Of a stretch of DNA of 64,000 nt, positions 39,588 through 49,181 are shown one piece after another. The DNA lies in assembly GCA_033763455.1 (NCBI GenBank), contig JANRKO010000008.1, positions 32,001 to 96,000 on the forward strand, in the 5' to 3' direction. The stretch comes from Polyangiaceae bacterium. GTDB taxonomy: Bacteria; Myxococcota_A; Polyangia; Polyangiales; Polyangiaceae. The notes under the pieces are model-generated. The model did no database searches and was not told the origin of the DNA. It was given only the letters and a program-made list of their open reading frames with translations. Both the position numbers and the translations under genes were made by a program. The first letter of the stretch is position 1; each line of letters opens with the position of its first letter.

Positions 39588-40769
39588 GTGCGCTCCAATT
39601 GGGCTTTGGACCCGCAAGTGGTGTTTCTGAACCATGGCTCCTTTGGCGCCTGCCCGCGCGAAGTGTTGGCCTGCCAACGGAATTGGCGGGACCAACTGGA
39701 ACAGGAGCCCGTTCAGTTCTTTCTCAATCAGTATACCAAGGCATTGGATGAAGCTCGTGCAAAGGCCGCGGCGTTCGTCGGCGCTGCTCCCGAGAACTTC
39801 GTGTTCGTGCCGAATGCAACTCACGGCGTGAATGCGGTGCTTGGGTCGATTTCGCTTCAACCGGGCGACGAACTGTTAACAACGAACCACGTCTATGGGG
39901 CGTGCCTCAACGCCCTCCATGCTGTCAGTGAGCGCTCAGGGGCCCGTGTTGTTTTGGCCCAGATCCCACTGCCGCTCCAGGATGAAGCGCAGGTGGTTGA
40001 TGCGATCTTGGAGTGTGTGAACGCGCGCACACGCCTCGCCTTGATTGACCACGTTACCAGCGCAACAGGCATCGTGCTGCCGATTGAGGCGATTGTATTG
40101 GCGCTGCGATCGCGCGGCGTGGAAGTGTTAGTGGATGGTGCGCATGCGCCGGGTATGTTGCCGCTTGAGGTCGAAGCACTCGGCGCGGCCTACTACACCG
40201 GCAATTTTCACAAGTGGGTGTGCGCTCCCAAAGGATCGGCATTTCTCCACGCAAGGCCTGATCTACAAGCCTCACTCCGTCCGTTGGTAGTCAGTCATGG
40301 GCGCACGGCTGCGCGCGAGCGGCGCCCGTTTTGGGAGAATTTTGACTGGCCGGGCACGGCGGATCCGAGTGCGTGGCTGTCGGTGCCGTTTGCGATCGAC
40401 TATCTGGACAGTTGCTTGCCTCAAGGGTGGCCCGCGGTGCGTGCAGCCAATTGTGAGCTCTTGCTCCAGGCGCGGGCTCTTCTATGTGAGAGGCTGAGCG
40501 CTGCACCACCCGCTGATGAAAGATTTTTAGGGAGCCTCGCAACTATCCCGCTCCCTCCAGCGAGCCAAGAGCATTCACGCGTTTCGGCGTTTGACGTGAG
40601 CCCGCTGCAGCAAGCGTTGTTCGGTCGTCATAGGATCGAGGTGCCAGTGTTCGATTGGCCCGGCCCCGAGCAACGTTGGGTGCGTATCTCGGCGCACCTT
40701 TACAATGAGCTTTGGGAGTACGAACAGCTTGCCCACGCTCTCGGTGAGGAGCTTGCTAGAGGGTTGTAG
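39588..40769 (+). CDS. Aminotransferase class V PLP enzyme (isopenicillin N epimerase / C-S lyase-like)
   Basis: FLNHGSFGACP, VDGAHAPG, GNFHKWVCAPKG. Confidence 0.9.
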   Translation: MRSNWALDPQVVFLNHGSFGACPREVLACQRNWRDQLEQEPVQFFLNQYTKALDEARAKAAAFVGAAPENFVFVPNATHGVNAVLGSISLQPGDELLTTNHVYGACLNALHAVSERSGARVVLAQIPLPLQDEAQVVDAILECVNARTRLALIDHVTSATGIVLPIEAIVLALRSRGVEVLVDGAHAPGMLPLEVEALGAAYYTGNFHKWVCAPKGSAFLHARPDLQASLRPLVVSHGRTAARERRPFWENFDWPGTADPSAWLSVPFAIDYLDSCLPQGWPAVRAANCELLLQARALLCERLSAAPPADERFLGSLATIPLPPASQEHSRVSAFDVSPLQQALFGRHRIEVPVFDWPGPEQRWVRISAHLYNELWEYEQLAHALGEELARGL

Positions 40770-41121
40770 GGTGCACAAAACAGCATTGGTGATTAAGTGA
40801 TCACTCGAGGTTGGTTCTTGCCGAATTCCCTTCCTAACCCACGGTAAATACTTGCCTGGTTACAGTACCCCAGTGCTTGTCCTCGTATTGATCCTCAGCG
40901 AAGTCGGCACCATACGAAGCGATCACCTGTCGCTAGAATGACACCGCATATTCCGCACCGGCTATTTGCTTGATCTGCCAATTGCCCGTGTGGCGCGCAA
41001 AGATCTTGTGCGCAAAGGCCCTGCCACGCAGCAGGCGCCGCTGTGATGGAATGATATAAAACTCGCGCATTTCATTGCCCTCTCCACCTGCCTCACAATA
41101 TTCTAATTGGTTCCGTTCGAA

Positions 41122-42009
41122 CTAGGGCAATTCGCGGGGCGCCACCGGCGCGTTCCGACTCGCCTGGCGAGCTCGATAAGCACTCGGCTCAAGCCCGGTG
41201 CGCTTTCGGAAAAGACGCGCGAAGTAGCTCGGGTCGTCGATGCCAACCTTGAGTGCAACTTCTCGGATCGACGCATCGCTGTGTTGAAGGAGATACTCTG
41301 CTCTAGAGAGGCGGAGTTCGATGAGATAGTTCATCGGCGAGAGGCCGAAGCATTCATGGAAAGCGCGACGAATACTACTTTCTGACATGTGCGCTCGCCG
41401 CGCGATATCAGTCAAACAAATCGGCTGAGCGAAGTGTACGGTCAACCACTCTACAACTGCCGAGAGGCGCACCAGCGACTGCGAAGCAGGCGAGGTCATG
41501 CGTGTGTATTGTCGCGCCAGATCGACGAGGACGGCGCTGAACAACCCCGTGGCAGCCACGTCGAATCCAGGCTGGCGCGCTTTGAGCTCCCGTTGCATGG
41601 TGTGTATTGTGGTGAGTAATCTCTGAAGATCTTCAGCCGGGAGGGTGAGGCGGCTCTTGAATCCATGCCGTTGCCGGGCCTGTGGCTCAAGGTTAAATAG
41701 AGCGCGGAATCCCGGTAGTCGCGCGAGCTCGGCATCCGGCAGCAGGAGGCGAGTCGAATCGAACGCGATATTCATGACTTGGAAGTCACGGCAGTTTTCG
41801 TAGCCGTGCAGCATTAGGGGTGGGATCACGAACACGTCGCCCATCTCAATGGGAAAGGATTCCGCTTGCAGTCGGTGCGTCGCCTTTCCGCGCGTGACCA
41901 GTGCGAGCTCCACGGAGTCGTGGCTATGCAGGTCGATTCCAAGCCGGTGCACGGCCAGCGATGCCACCAGGGGGAAATCTTTTGGCCCAAAAAGGTTTCG
42001 CGTGAACAT
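41122..42009 (-). CDS. AraC family regulator (RhaS/RhaR-like cupin plus HTH)
   Basis: HSHDSVEL cupin; GIDDPSYFARLFRKRTG. Confidence 0.92.
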   Translation of the reverse strand: MFTRNLFGPKDFPLVASLAVHRLGIDLHSHDSVELALVTRGKATHRLQAESFPIEMGDVFVIPPLMLHGYENCRDFQVMNIAFDSTRLLLPDAELARLPGFRALFNLEPQARQRHGFKSRLTLPAEDLQRLLTTIHTMQRELKARQPGFDVAATGLFSAVLVDLARQYTRMTSPASQSLVRLSAVVEWLTVHFAQPICLTDIARRAHMSESSIRRAFHECFGLSPMNYLIELRLSRAEYLLQHSDASIREVALKVGIDDPSYFARLFRKRTGLEPSAYRARQASRNAPVAPRELP

Positions 42010-42159
42010 CGCGTGAACAGTAGATGTAGCATAGCCCCACCGAGGCAGGCGCACACGCCGCGGAAGGGAAAATGTGGGCGAGCGGTGCTAGCGGTAGTCA
42101 TCACTTTGGCGGAATAGTCCGCCTTTGGGCGGATACCTTAAGGCCGTTGAGGTCTCTGC

Positions 42160-43857
42160 ATGGTGACGCGCACAATTTTTTGGACTTTCTGGTCTCTGAC
42201 AGCGGCCATGGGTGGCATCGGCTGTTCCGCAACTGCCGAGCGCGCCGGAGCACGAAACGATCCTGGCGACGTGAGCCTCCCAGATCCTGGCGCAAGCTCC
42301 GAGCCCCCGGGATCAGGTCCAGCTGCCCCAGGGCCGGGGACTCCCGACATTCCACCGATTTCAGAATCTTCCGTTGGGCCGACTGTTCTGCGCCGACTCA
42401 CCAACACCGAGTATCGCAACACCGTCAAGGCGTTGCTGCAGCTCCCCACGGCACCGGAGGCGCCACTCCAGCCAGAATCCTGGAGCCATGGCTTCGACAA
42501 CTTTGCCGCGGCGCTCAACGTGTCGCCAGCGATTGCGGCGCAGTACGCGGATATCGCAAAAAAGCATGCCGCGGACTTCGTGGTGCCAGCGTGCGCGGCC
42601 CCCAGTTTGGAGATCGACTGCGCACGCTCCTTCATCGCAAGCTTTGGGAAGCAGGCGTTTCGTCGTCCCTTAACAGCTGTTGAACAAGAACAGTACGAGG
42701 CACTCTATATTTCTGAGCACAGCGTCCGAGGCTATGCGAGTGGCCTTGGGCAAGTGGTAGAGACGTTCCTGCAGTCACCGCACTTGCTGTATCGTACTGA
42801 GCTTGGGGACCCAAATGCAGGAGTCATGCGCGAGCTCACACCCTACGAAGTGGCGTCAGAGCTCTCCTATTTGCTGACATCATCAATGCCAGACGCGACA
42901 CTGATGGCCACGGCTGACGCAAATGCCTTGCGAACGCCGCTTGAGATCGAGCAGCAAGCTCGGCGCTTGATTGCAATGCCAGCGGCGCGCGACTCCGTTC
43001 GACATTTTCTGGAAGCGTTCGTGGGCGTAGCTAGGTGGGAGCAGGTTGTGAAGAACACAACCGTCTACCCAGCGTTCACTGACTCCTTCAGTGCGGCAAT
43101 GAAGAAAGAAACGGAACACTTCCTGGACAAAGTGCTCTGGGAAGGAGATGGCACATTCTCCACGCTGATGGCGGCGCCCTACTCGGTGGTTACGGCAGAG
43201 CTCGCCGCATTTTACGGAATCCGAGACCAGGGGCAGGGGCCCTCCTTTGTCACACAGGAGTTGAAGGCTAAAGAGCGCGCGGGGCTATTAACGCACGCTT
43301 CAGTTCTCTCTGCTCACTCCCACCTCGACGAATCCTTTCCGATTGCTCGAGGAAAGTTTGTGCGGGTGGGATTGCTCTGTCAAACCTTGCCGGCGCCTCC
43401 CGTCAATGTCGTTATCCAGCGTCCGGATCCGGATCCAACGCAAACCACGCGCGAGCGTTTCCAGGCGCACTCGTCAGATCCGGGCTGTTCGGGTTGCCAT
43501 GCATTGATCGATCCTGTGGGATTTGGCCTGGAAAACTACGACGGCATGGGTCGGTATCGCACCGAAGAAAACGGAAAGCCGGTAGATGCTACCGGAAGTA
43601 TCACGGGTACCTTGGACATGAATGGCCCATTTTCTGGGGGCGTGGAGCTAGCAGCGAAGGTTGCATCGAGCCTTGAGGCCAAGCAATGCTTGGCCTTAAA
43701 CGCGCACCGCTACACCTTTGGGCGCGAAGAAACGGCGGCTGAGGGAGCCGCCACACGTAACGTCGCCAGCGGTCTGGCCAATGGTGGGATGGACGTTCGG
43801 GAGCTCTTGATTGCGCTCACGCGATCTGACGCCTTTAGGCTTCGCACGCACCGGTGA
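42160..43857 (+). CDS. DUF1587/1595/1592/1588/1585 domain lipoprotein
   Basis: LRRLTNTEYRNTV, AFRRPL, LQSPHLLYRTE, ERAGLLTHAS, CSGCH, GFGLENYD. Confidence 0.9.
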   Translation: MVTRTIFWTFWSLTAAMGGIGCSATAERAGARNDPGDVSLPDPGASSEPPGSGPAAPGPGTPDIPPISESSVGPTVLRRLTNTEYRNTVKALLQLPTAPEAPLQPESWSHGFDNFAAALNVSPAIAAQYADIAKKHAADFVVPACAAPSLEIDCARSFIASFGKQAFRRPLTAVEQEQYEALYISEHSVRGYASGLGQVVETFLQSPHLLYRTELGDPNAGVMRELTPYEVASELSYLLTSSMPDATLMATADANALRTPLEIEQQARRLIAMPAARDSVRHFLEAFVGVARWEQVVKNTTVYPAFTDSFSAAMKKETEHFLDKVLWEGDGTFSTLMAAPYSVVTAELAAFYGIRDQGQGPSFVTQELKAKERAGLLTHASVLSAHSHLDESFPIARGKFVRVGLLCQTLPAPPVNVVIQRPDPDPTQTTRERFQAHSSDPGCSGCHALIDPVGFGLENYDGMGRYRTEENGKPVDATGSITGTLDMNGPFSGGVELAAKVASSLEAKQCLALNAHRYTFGREETAAEGAATRNVASGLANGGMDVRELLIALTRSDAFRLRTHR

Positions 43858-43881
43858 ACGCATCTCTCGAAAGAAAGGACT

Positions 43882-45264
43882 ATGAGCATGTCGAAAACAC
43901 TCCTCAGGCGTCGTTCGCTCATCCAGCAGCTTGGGGCGGCCGCTTTCTTGGCGACTCCTGTGTTTCGCTCTGTTTTGGCCGAGGCTCAAAGCCAAAGCCC
44001 CCTGCGGCTGATCCTGGTACACCTGCCCGGGGGTGTGAGCTACCTCTCACCCGGGGTGACGGGCCTAGGAATTCTTGATTCGTCGTGGAGTTACAACAAG
44101 GTTCTTTCCCCGCTAAAATCGCTGGAATCCGACATCGTCATCTTTGAAGACATGTCGTACCCGACCGCGGAGGTGGTGACAACATTCGCGGAAATGGACG
44201 GCCACAAGGCGGGCCGCCGTTGCATGTTCACCGGCAGCACTGATCAAGTTTCGCATGAACTTTCGACTAATCCCTTCGGGCAATCGACGTCTTTGGATCA
44301 ATTGGTGGCCAATGCTATCGGTATGCGGACAAAATTTGGCTCGCTCAACCTTGGGGTTCTGACGGAGCGCACCCTCGGCGAATCGGCACGCTGGGTTTGC
44401 TTCAACAAAGGGGTTCCGATCGAACCTGTGGGCGACGCCGCTTCCGTCTTCGCCCGGCTATTTCCCAACGCCACGGCGCCCGTTCCTCCCTCGGGTCAAG
44501 TTCCTGATCCCGCAGCAACCGCCGAGATCTTGAGCCTCAGAGCGCGGGGACAGAGCCGTCTGGACCAGTTGAAGCGCGAGGTCGCCGCCATCCAGGCAAT
44601 CGCGGGTGTGGACGAGCGGCAGAAGCTCGACTTGCATCTGACGGCGCTGCGCGAACTGGAAAACTCGCTGCCCGCCGCGGGCACGGGAGGTCCAGTTTTT
44701 CAAGGTGCGGGTTGTTCTGCGCCGAACGTGGGTGCACCTTCGCCTACCGATGATCTCGTGGGTACCGGAAGCGCCATGAACGAACTCTTGTACCAAGCTG
44801 TGAACTGTGACTTGACGCGCATCGCCACCATTCAATGGCTCTCTTCAGGCGATGACACAGTGATGTATCCGTGGCTTGGCGTCAACCAATCCCATCACCA
44901 GATGGAACACGGCTGGGTGGATGCGGCATCAACTCACGCAGCGTACGACAAGGTCCAAACCTGGATAGTCGAACAAATTGGCGTGCTTCTGAAGCGCCTC
45001 AAGGACACACCTGAAGGCGACGGCAGCATGCTCGACAACTCACTCGTGCTGGTGATGTCTGAGATGTGGGGAACGCATGAACACGATCCGGTGATTGGCC
45101 TTATTGCTGGCAAGGCCGGCGGCGCAGTGCGGACGGGGAGAAGCTTGAACGCCGCTCGGGCCCCGCACAACAACATGTTGCTGAGCGTGGCAAACACGAT
45201 GGGTCTCAACCTGACTAGCTTGGGAGATCCGATGTACTGCACTGGTGCACTCAGCCTCGGGTAG
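43882..45264 (+). CDS. DUF1552 domain protein with a Tat-like signal
   Basis: RRRSLI signal, SLDQLVA, KLDLHLTALRELE, CDLTRIAT, EGDGSMLDNS. Confidence 0.9.
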   Translation: MSMSKTLLRRRSLIQQLGAAAFLATPVFRSVLAEAQSQSPLRLILVHLPGGVSYLSPGVTGLGILDSSWSYNKVLSPLKSLESDIVIFEDMSYPTAEVVTTFAEMDGHKAGRRCMFTGSTDQVSHELSTNPFGQSTSLDQLVANAIGMRTKFGSLNLGVLTERTLGESARWVCFNKGVPIEPVGDAASVFARLFPNATAPVPPSGQVPDPAATAEILSLRARGQSRLDQLKREVAAIQAIAGVDERQKLDLHLTALRELENSLPAAGTGGPVFQGAGCSAPNVGAPSPTDDLVGTGSAMNELLYQAVNCDLTRIATIQWLSSGDDTVMYPWLGVNQSHHQMEHGWVDAASTHAAYDKVQTWIVEQIGVLLKRLKDTPEGDGSMLDNSLVLVMSEMWGTHEHDPVIGLIAGKAGGAVRTGRSLNAARAPHNNMLLSVANTMGLNLTSLGDPMYCTGALSLG

Positions 45265-45323
45265 TGGCTGGTTCCCGCCCGTGCGGATGATTCTGAGGGG
45301 GATCTCGGGCTGGGCGCACAACG

Positions 45324-45782
45324 TTGCTAACCCGGCTGATCGGACGCGCCGAGCGGCACTTGGCTGAGGACATGCTGCAGCATACGTTCTTGCGCCTTGC
45401 CGAGCATGGCCCAGAGCTGCGCGCTGATTCGGATCTGCGCGCGTGGCTATTCACGGTGGCGCGCAACGCCTTCCTTGGACAGCTGCGCGGGCGCCGGCTC
45501 GTGACCGACAGCTCGAACCTGGAGCTGGTGGCCGACTACTCCCCGGACGCCGAAGCGCGGCTGATGCTCGGCGACGTCGAGCAGGCGTTAGCCCGGCTGC
45601 GCGTTGAAGATCGCGAGCTTTTGCTGCTGGTGGGCGCCGAAGGGCTTGAGCCTTTGGCAGTCGCGAAGATGCTTGGCATCGAGCCGCCAACACTGCGCAA
45701 GCGTCTACAGCGAGCTCGTCACCGTCTGCTACAAGAGCTCGAGCGCTCAACACCGCGCGCCGCCAAGGAGGTATCGTCATGA
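45324..45782 (+). pseudogene. ECF sigma factor, apparently N-terminally truncated
   Basis: AEDMLQHTF, RAWLFTVARN and region 4 are present, but the ORF begins inside region 2; in-frame TGA at 45294; no RBS. Confidence 0.65.
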
Positions 45783-45982
45783 GCGAGCCCGATCTGTTGT
45801 TGCAACGCCTCCGGGAGCTGCCGCTCGAAGCACCACCCGGGGCGCTTTCCAAGCAGCTAACTGCCGCCGCCCACGCGCGGCTCGTGCCGCGGAAGGTACA
45901 TCCAGCGTGGAGCGTGGCGGTCGCCGCATCGGTGCTGGTGTACTTGGGCTGGGCGCTCGCCTACGCCTGTCATCTGTATTGA
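45779..45982 (+). CDS. Small single-TM protein, putative anti-sigma factor
   Basis: ATGA overlap with the sigma gene, AAGGAGG RBS, C-terminal TM. Confidence 0.65.
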   Translation: MSEPDLLLQRLRELPLEAPPGALSKQLTAAAHARLVPRKVHPAWSVAVAASVLVYLGWALAYACHLY

Positions 45983-46189
45983 AACGCGCGCCGGGTTGAG
46001 CAAAGGCGTGGTTCGGCACTTGGCGAACCACGCACCCGCCGCAGGCCGTGCTTCCCTTGGCCGAACCCAACAAACGCAAAGCGAGAGGAGCGGCAACACC
46101 CATCCGAGGCAAGCAGTTGCCGAGCGCAAACAAGCTGCCGCCTTCACAGCTCCAGGCGGACCTCGCTGCACCGCCAGCGACGTGAGTGT

Positions 46190-46440
46190 CGTATTTTCGG
46201 GACGGATAGTTGAACATGCCGTGGGGCAAGGGTTGTACGCAGCCAGTAGTTCTCCGCTACACTCACTTAACTTCTGGGCGCGGGAAAAAACTCAATCGAA
46301 TGCGGAACTCGACTGTGTTCTGCCTGTCAATGGCAAGCTGATCCCCGTTGAAGTGAAGTCGGGAGCGAGTGGTCGCCTGCGATCCCAGCATGCGTTCGTC
46401 GACGCATCCCCGCACTCAACTGCCGTCAGGCTGTATGGCA
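46190..46440 (+). pseudogene. Remnant of the C-terminus of an AAA_14/DUF4143 ATP-binding protein
   Basis: GRIVEHAVGQ...LNFWAREK...AELDCV...IPVEVKSG present; no Walker A or N-terminal domain; boundaries approximate. Confidence 0.7.
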
Positions 46441-46510
46441 CAAACCAGACCTACATTTTCCCACAAGGGGACGCCGCAATCTGCTATGACGCCCGGCCGA
46501 GGAACCAGAT

Positions 46511-48832
46511 ATGAAGTTTGACCTTTCTACAAAGAAAATAGGCATCGCACTCACCACGTTTGGCCTGCTGGGCGGCACAGCCTGCAGCGCCACGGAGGGC
46601 ACAGAGGTGGACGCGGCGGTTGTTGGCTCGGTGAGTGAGGCACTCACGTGTTCGACCCCAACCTACTATCTGAAGAATAAATCCAATTCGCGGTACTGCA
46701 GGATCGATCCCGGAACTGCCACGACGCGGCCAGGTGCGATCCGCTGCGATCAGACAACTACCGCCTCAGCGATGCGGGTGATCAAGCAAGCCGTTGGCAC
46801 GGGTCTGTTCAAGTTTCAAATCGCGACCGGAGCGTACGCCGGCTTCTACGTTCACAAGCCAACCACTCGGCTTGGAGGCAACGGCACTTTCCCCATCACG
46901 TTCAGGGAATCCGCCTGCAGTGGTGGCTTTGTGGCGTACAAAGATCAGAACGCAACGGGCAACACGAATGTCAAAATGGAAGGCGATACGCAGCTCTCCA
47001 CAACGTCCGCGAACAGCTGCGGTACTCCGGCCAATGAGTTCTTGTGGGAGGCCGCTGGCACCTTAACGGACTGCCCTGCGGCGGGCACCCTCAGTGGGAG
47101 CACGAATCCCAGTGCGCCGGCAACCTACTTCAACCTTTCGAACTGGAAGATCACCCTGCCGGTCGATAAGTTCAACGAAGGAAAGGCAGCGGAACTCACT
47201 GAAACTGAGTTGCCGAACTGGTTCGACACCAACTTCTTCGTTGCATCCAACGGCAATATGATCTTCAAGGTTCCGAACACGGGAGTGACCACCGAATCGA
47301 CGTCCAACACGCGCTCAGAGCTGCGCGGGATGTTGCGTGCAGGCAATACGGCGATTGGGGATAAAGATCCGCTAAACAACTTCGTGCTTTCTTCGCATCC
47401 GAACAAATCCCAATTTGCAGCGGTTGGCCAGAAGCTTTCGGCCACCCTAGCGGTGAATCACGTTAGCGCTCCGACTTCTCCGGGGCAGCCGACTTGTGAT
47501 GTCACCAAGAAGTCCGCTCACTCGGTAATTGTCGGTCAGGTTCACACTGTCGACGCGAGCACCCTAGGCAGTACGTGGAGCATCAACAACGAGCCCCTGC
47601 GCATTTATTACAAGAAGCATCCGACACACCCCAAAGGGTCGGTATTTTGGACCTATAGCCTGAACGTGGACACTAGTTCGGACTTCTGCACAGCCGTTTG
47701 GGGTAATTGTTGGACAACCATGACAGATCCAGGCGCCGCAGGCGTCGACTTGGGTGAAGCCTGGAGTTACGTCGTCGACATTGTGGGTACAACAATGAAC
47801 CTCACCTTCACCCGTGCGAATGGACCAACGCGTACCTTCAGCGTAAATCTGGCGACAGGCCAGTACCCCGGCGATAACCCGGAGGGTTACGCCAAGAATT
47901 CTTTCTACTTCAAACTCGGTGCCTACAATCAGTCCAACGCTGGCACTAATGCGTGCCCTGGGGCAAGTCAGACTACCGCCTGGCAGTACGCCAACGGTGC
48001 CTATGCCCAGGTAACCTTCTCCGCGGCCACGCATGGCCCTTCTGGCACTGCAAGTGCGCCAACCTGCACGGATGGCATCAAGAACGGTACTGAAACCAAC
48101 ACTGATTGTGGCGGCGTGAGTGGCGGCGTCACGTGCCCGGCTTGCCCATCAGCGGTTTGCGGCAACGGCTCTGTCCAAAGCCCCGAACAGTGTGACGACG
48201 GCAATACCACTACTGAAACGTGCCCCACCTATGGCGGCTCCTGCACCAATGTGTGCAGCGCAAGTTGCCAGTTCGTCACGGTTCTTGGCCCCAGGTGCGG
48301 GGACTCAAGCGTGCAAGGAGGCAACGGCGAACAGTGCGACGACGGCAATACCACTAATACCGATGGTTGCAGCAACACCTGCAAGACGCCAACCTGTACG
48401 GATGGCATCAAGAACGGCACTGAAACCAACACTGATTGTGGCGGCGTGAGCGGTGGTTTTGCGTGTCCGGCTTGCCCGACGGGTGGCGCCACGTATCAAG
48501 CAGAAGCTAACGGCATGGTCCGCAACGAATGCGACGCGCCCGCAAGTGGTTGGGTTAATATGTGGGACTCCACCGCGTCCTATATTCAGAAGGATGGCTC
48601 GGTGGCAGGCAGGACCGTTACTATTCGCTACCGAAACGAAAACGAGGAGTCAGCCCCGGGCAGCCTCAGCCTTCGCGTCGCCGGCGAACTCAAGGAGACA
48701 AAGGTTGCAAATGCAACGGATGGCGCAGAGCTGACCTTTAACTACGCTGTGTTACAAGGCCAAAGCGTGCGGATCTCGAACGCTGGTGCCAGCGAAGGCA
48801 TGGCCATCGACTACATTCGGATCAACCCGTAA
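46511..48832 (+). CDS. Modular polysaccharide lyase family 7 (alginate lyase-like) lipoprotein
   Basis: GTAC lipobox; LSNWKITLP, RSELR, QVH, YFKLGAYNQ; Cys-rich EQCDDGN repeats; C-terminal TYQAE...AIDYIRI CBM-like module. Confidence 0.9.
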   Translation: MKFDLSTKKIGIALTTFGLLGGTACSATEGTEVDAAVVGSVSEALTCSTPTYYLKNKSNSRYCRIDPGTATTRPGAIRCDQTTTASAMRVIKQAVGTGLFKFQIATGAYAGFYVHKPTTRLGGNGTFPITFRESACSGGFVAYKDQNATGNTNVKMEGDTQLSTTSANSCGTPANEFLWEAAGTLTDCPAAGTLSGSTNPSAPATYFNLSNWKITLPVDKFNEGKAAELTETELPNWFDTNFFVASNGNMIFKVPNTGVTTESTSNTRSELRGMLRAGNTAIGDKDPLNNFVLSSHPNKSQFAAVGQKLSATLAVNHVSAPTSPGQPTCDVTKKSAHSVIVGQVHTVDASTLGSTWSINNEPLRIYYKKHPTHPKGSVFWTYSLNVDTSSDFCTAVWGNCWTTMTDPGAAGVDLGEAWSYVVDIVGTTMNLTFTRANGPTRTFSVNLATGQYPGDNPEGYAKNSFYFKLGAYNQSNAGTNACPGASQTTAWQYANGAYAQVTFSAATHGPSGTASAPTCTDGIKNGTETNTDCGGVSGGVTCPACPSAVCGNGSVQSPEQCDDGNTTTETCPTYGGSCTNVCSASCQFVTVLGPRCGDSSVQGGNGEQCDDGNTTNTDGCSNTCKTPTCTDGIKNGTETNTDCGGVSGGFACPACPTGGATYQAEANGMVRNECDAPASGWVNMWDSTASYIQKDGSVAGRTVTIRYRNENEESAPGSLSLRVAGELKETKVANATDGAELTFNYAVLQGQSVRISNAGASEGMAIDYIRINP
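48057..48477 (+). repeat. Internal duplication of a Cys-rich module (PTCTDGIKNGTETNTDCGGVSGG..CPACP) 330 bp apart
   Basis: Near-identical DNA at about 48057-48147 and 48387-48477; two EQCDDGNTT units lie between. Confidence 0.9.
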
Positions 48833-48864
48833 GCGAACTCGCATAAATCGAACAAGACGCAGGC

Positions 48865-48898
48865 TCTGCCCCCTCGAAGGAGGGGGCGGACTCGTTTT
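48865..48898 (+). terminator. Probable intrinsic terminator after the PL7 gene
   Basis: TCTGCCCCCTC-GAAG-GAGGGGGCGGA stem-loop followed by CTCGTTTT. Confidence 0.6.
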
Positions 48899-49181
48899 GC
48901 GGGTCTACCGACGCGCCGTATCTCGTCAGAAAAGTACCGATACGGCGAGCTATACGGATCCGCTGCGCCCTCCCGCCGGCGCATTTCGCACCCCTGCGTT
49001 GACCGGTTCTGTTCGCCTGCCTGGGGCGCGGACTCAACCCCACGGCTCGCAGATCTTCGTGCACCACGTGTCACCCGAGCCCGCGGCACTCGATCCCCGG
49101 CTCCTCCAGGTGTTTCGTCAGGACGCTGTCGACTCCTACTTCGACCAGGATGAGCGTGGCGTGAGCCGGGCGGAACCGCGC

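Noticed and set aside
40770..41121. Lower-GC-looking intergenic stretch as an att site or ncRNA
   Set aside because: No tRNA end, flanking direct repeat or recognisable RNA motif found by eye
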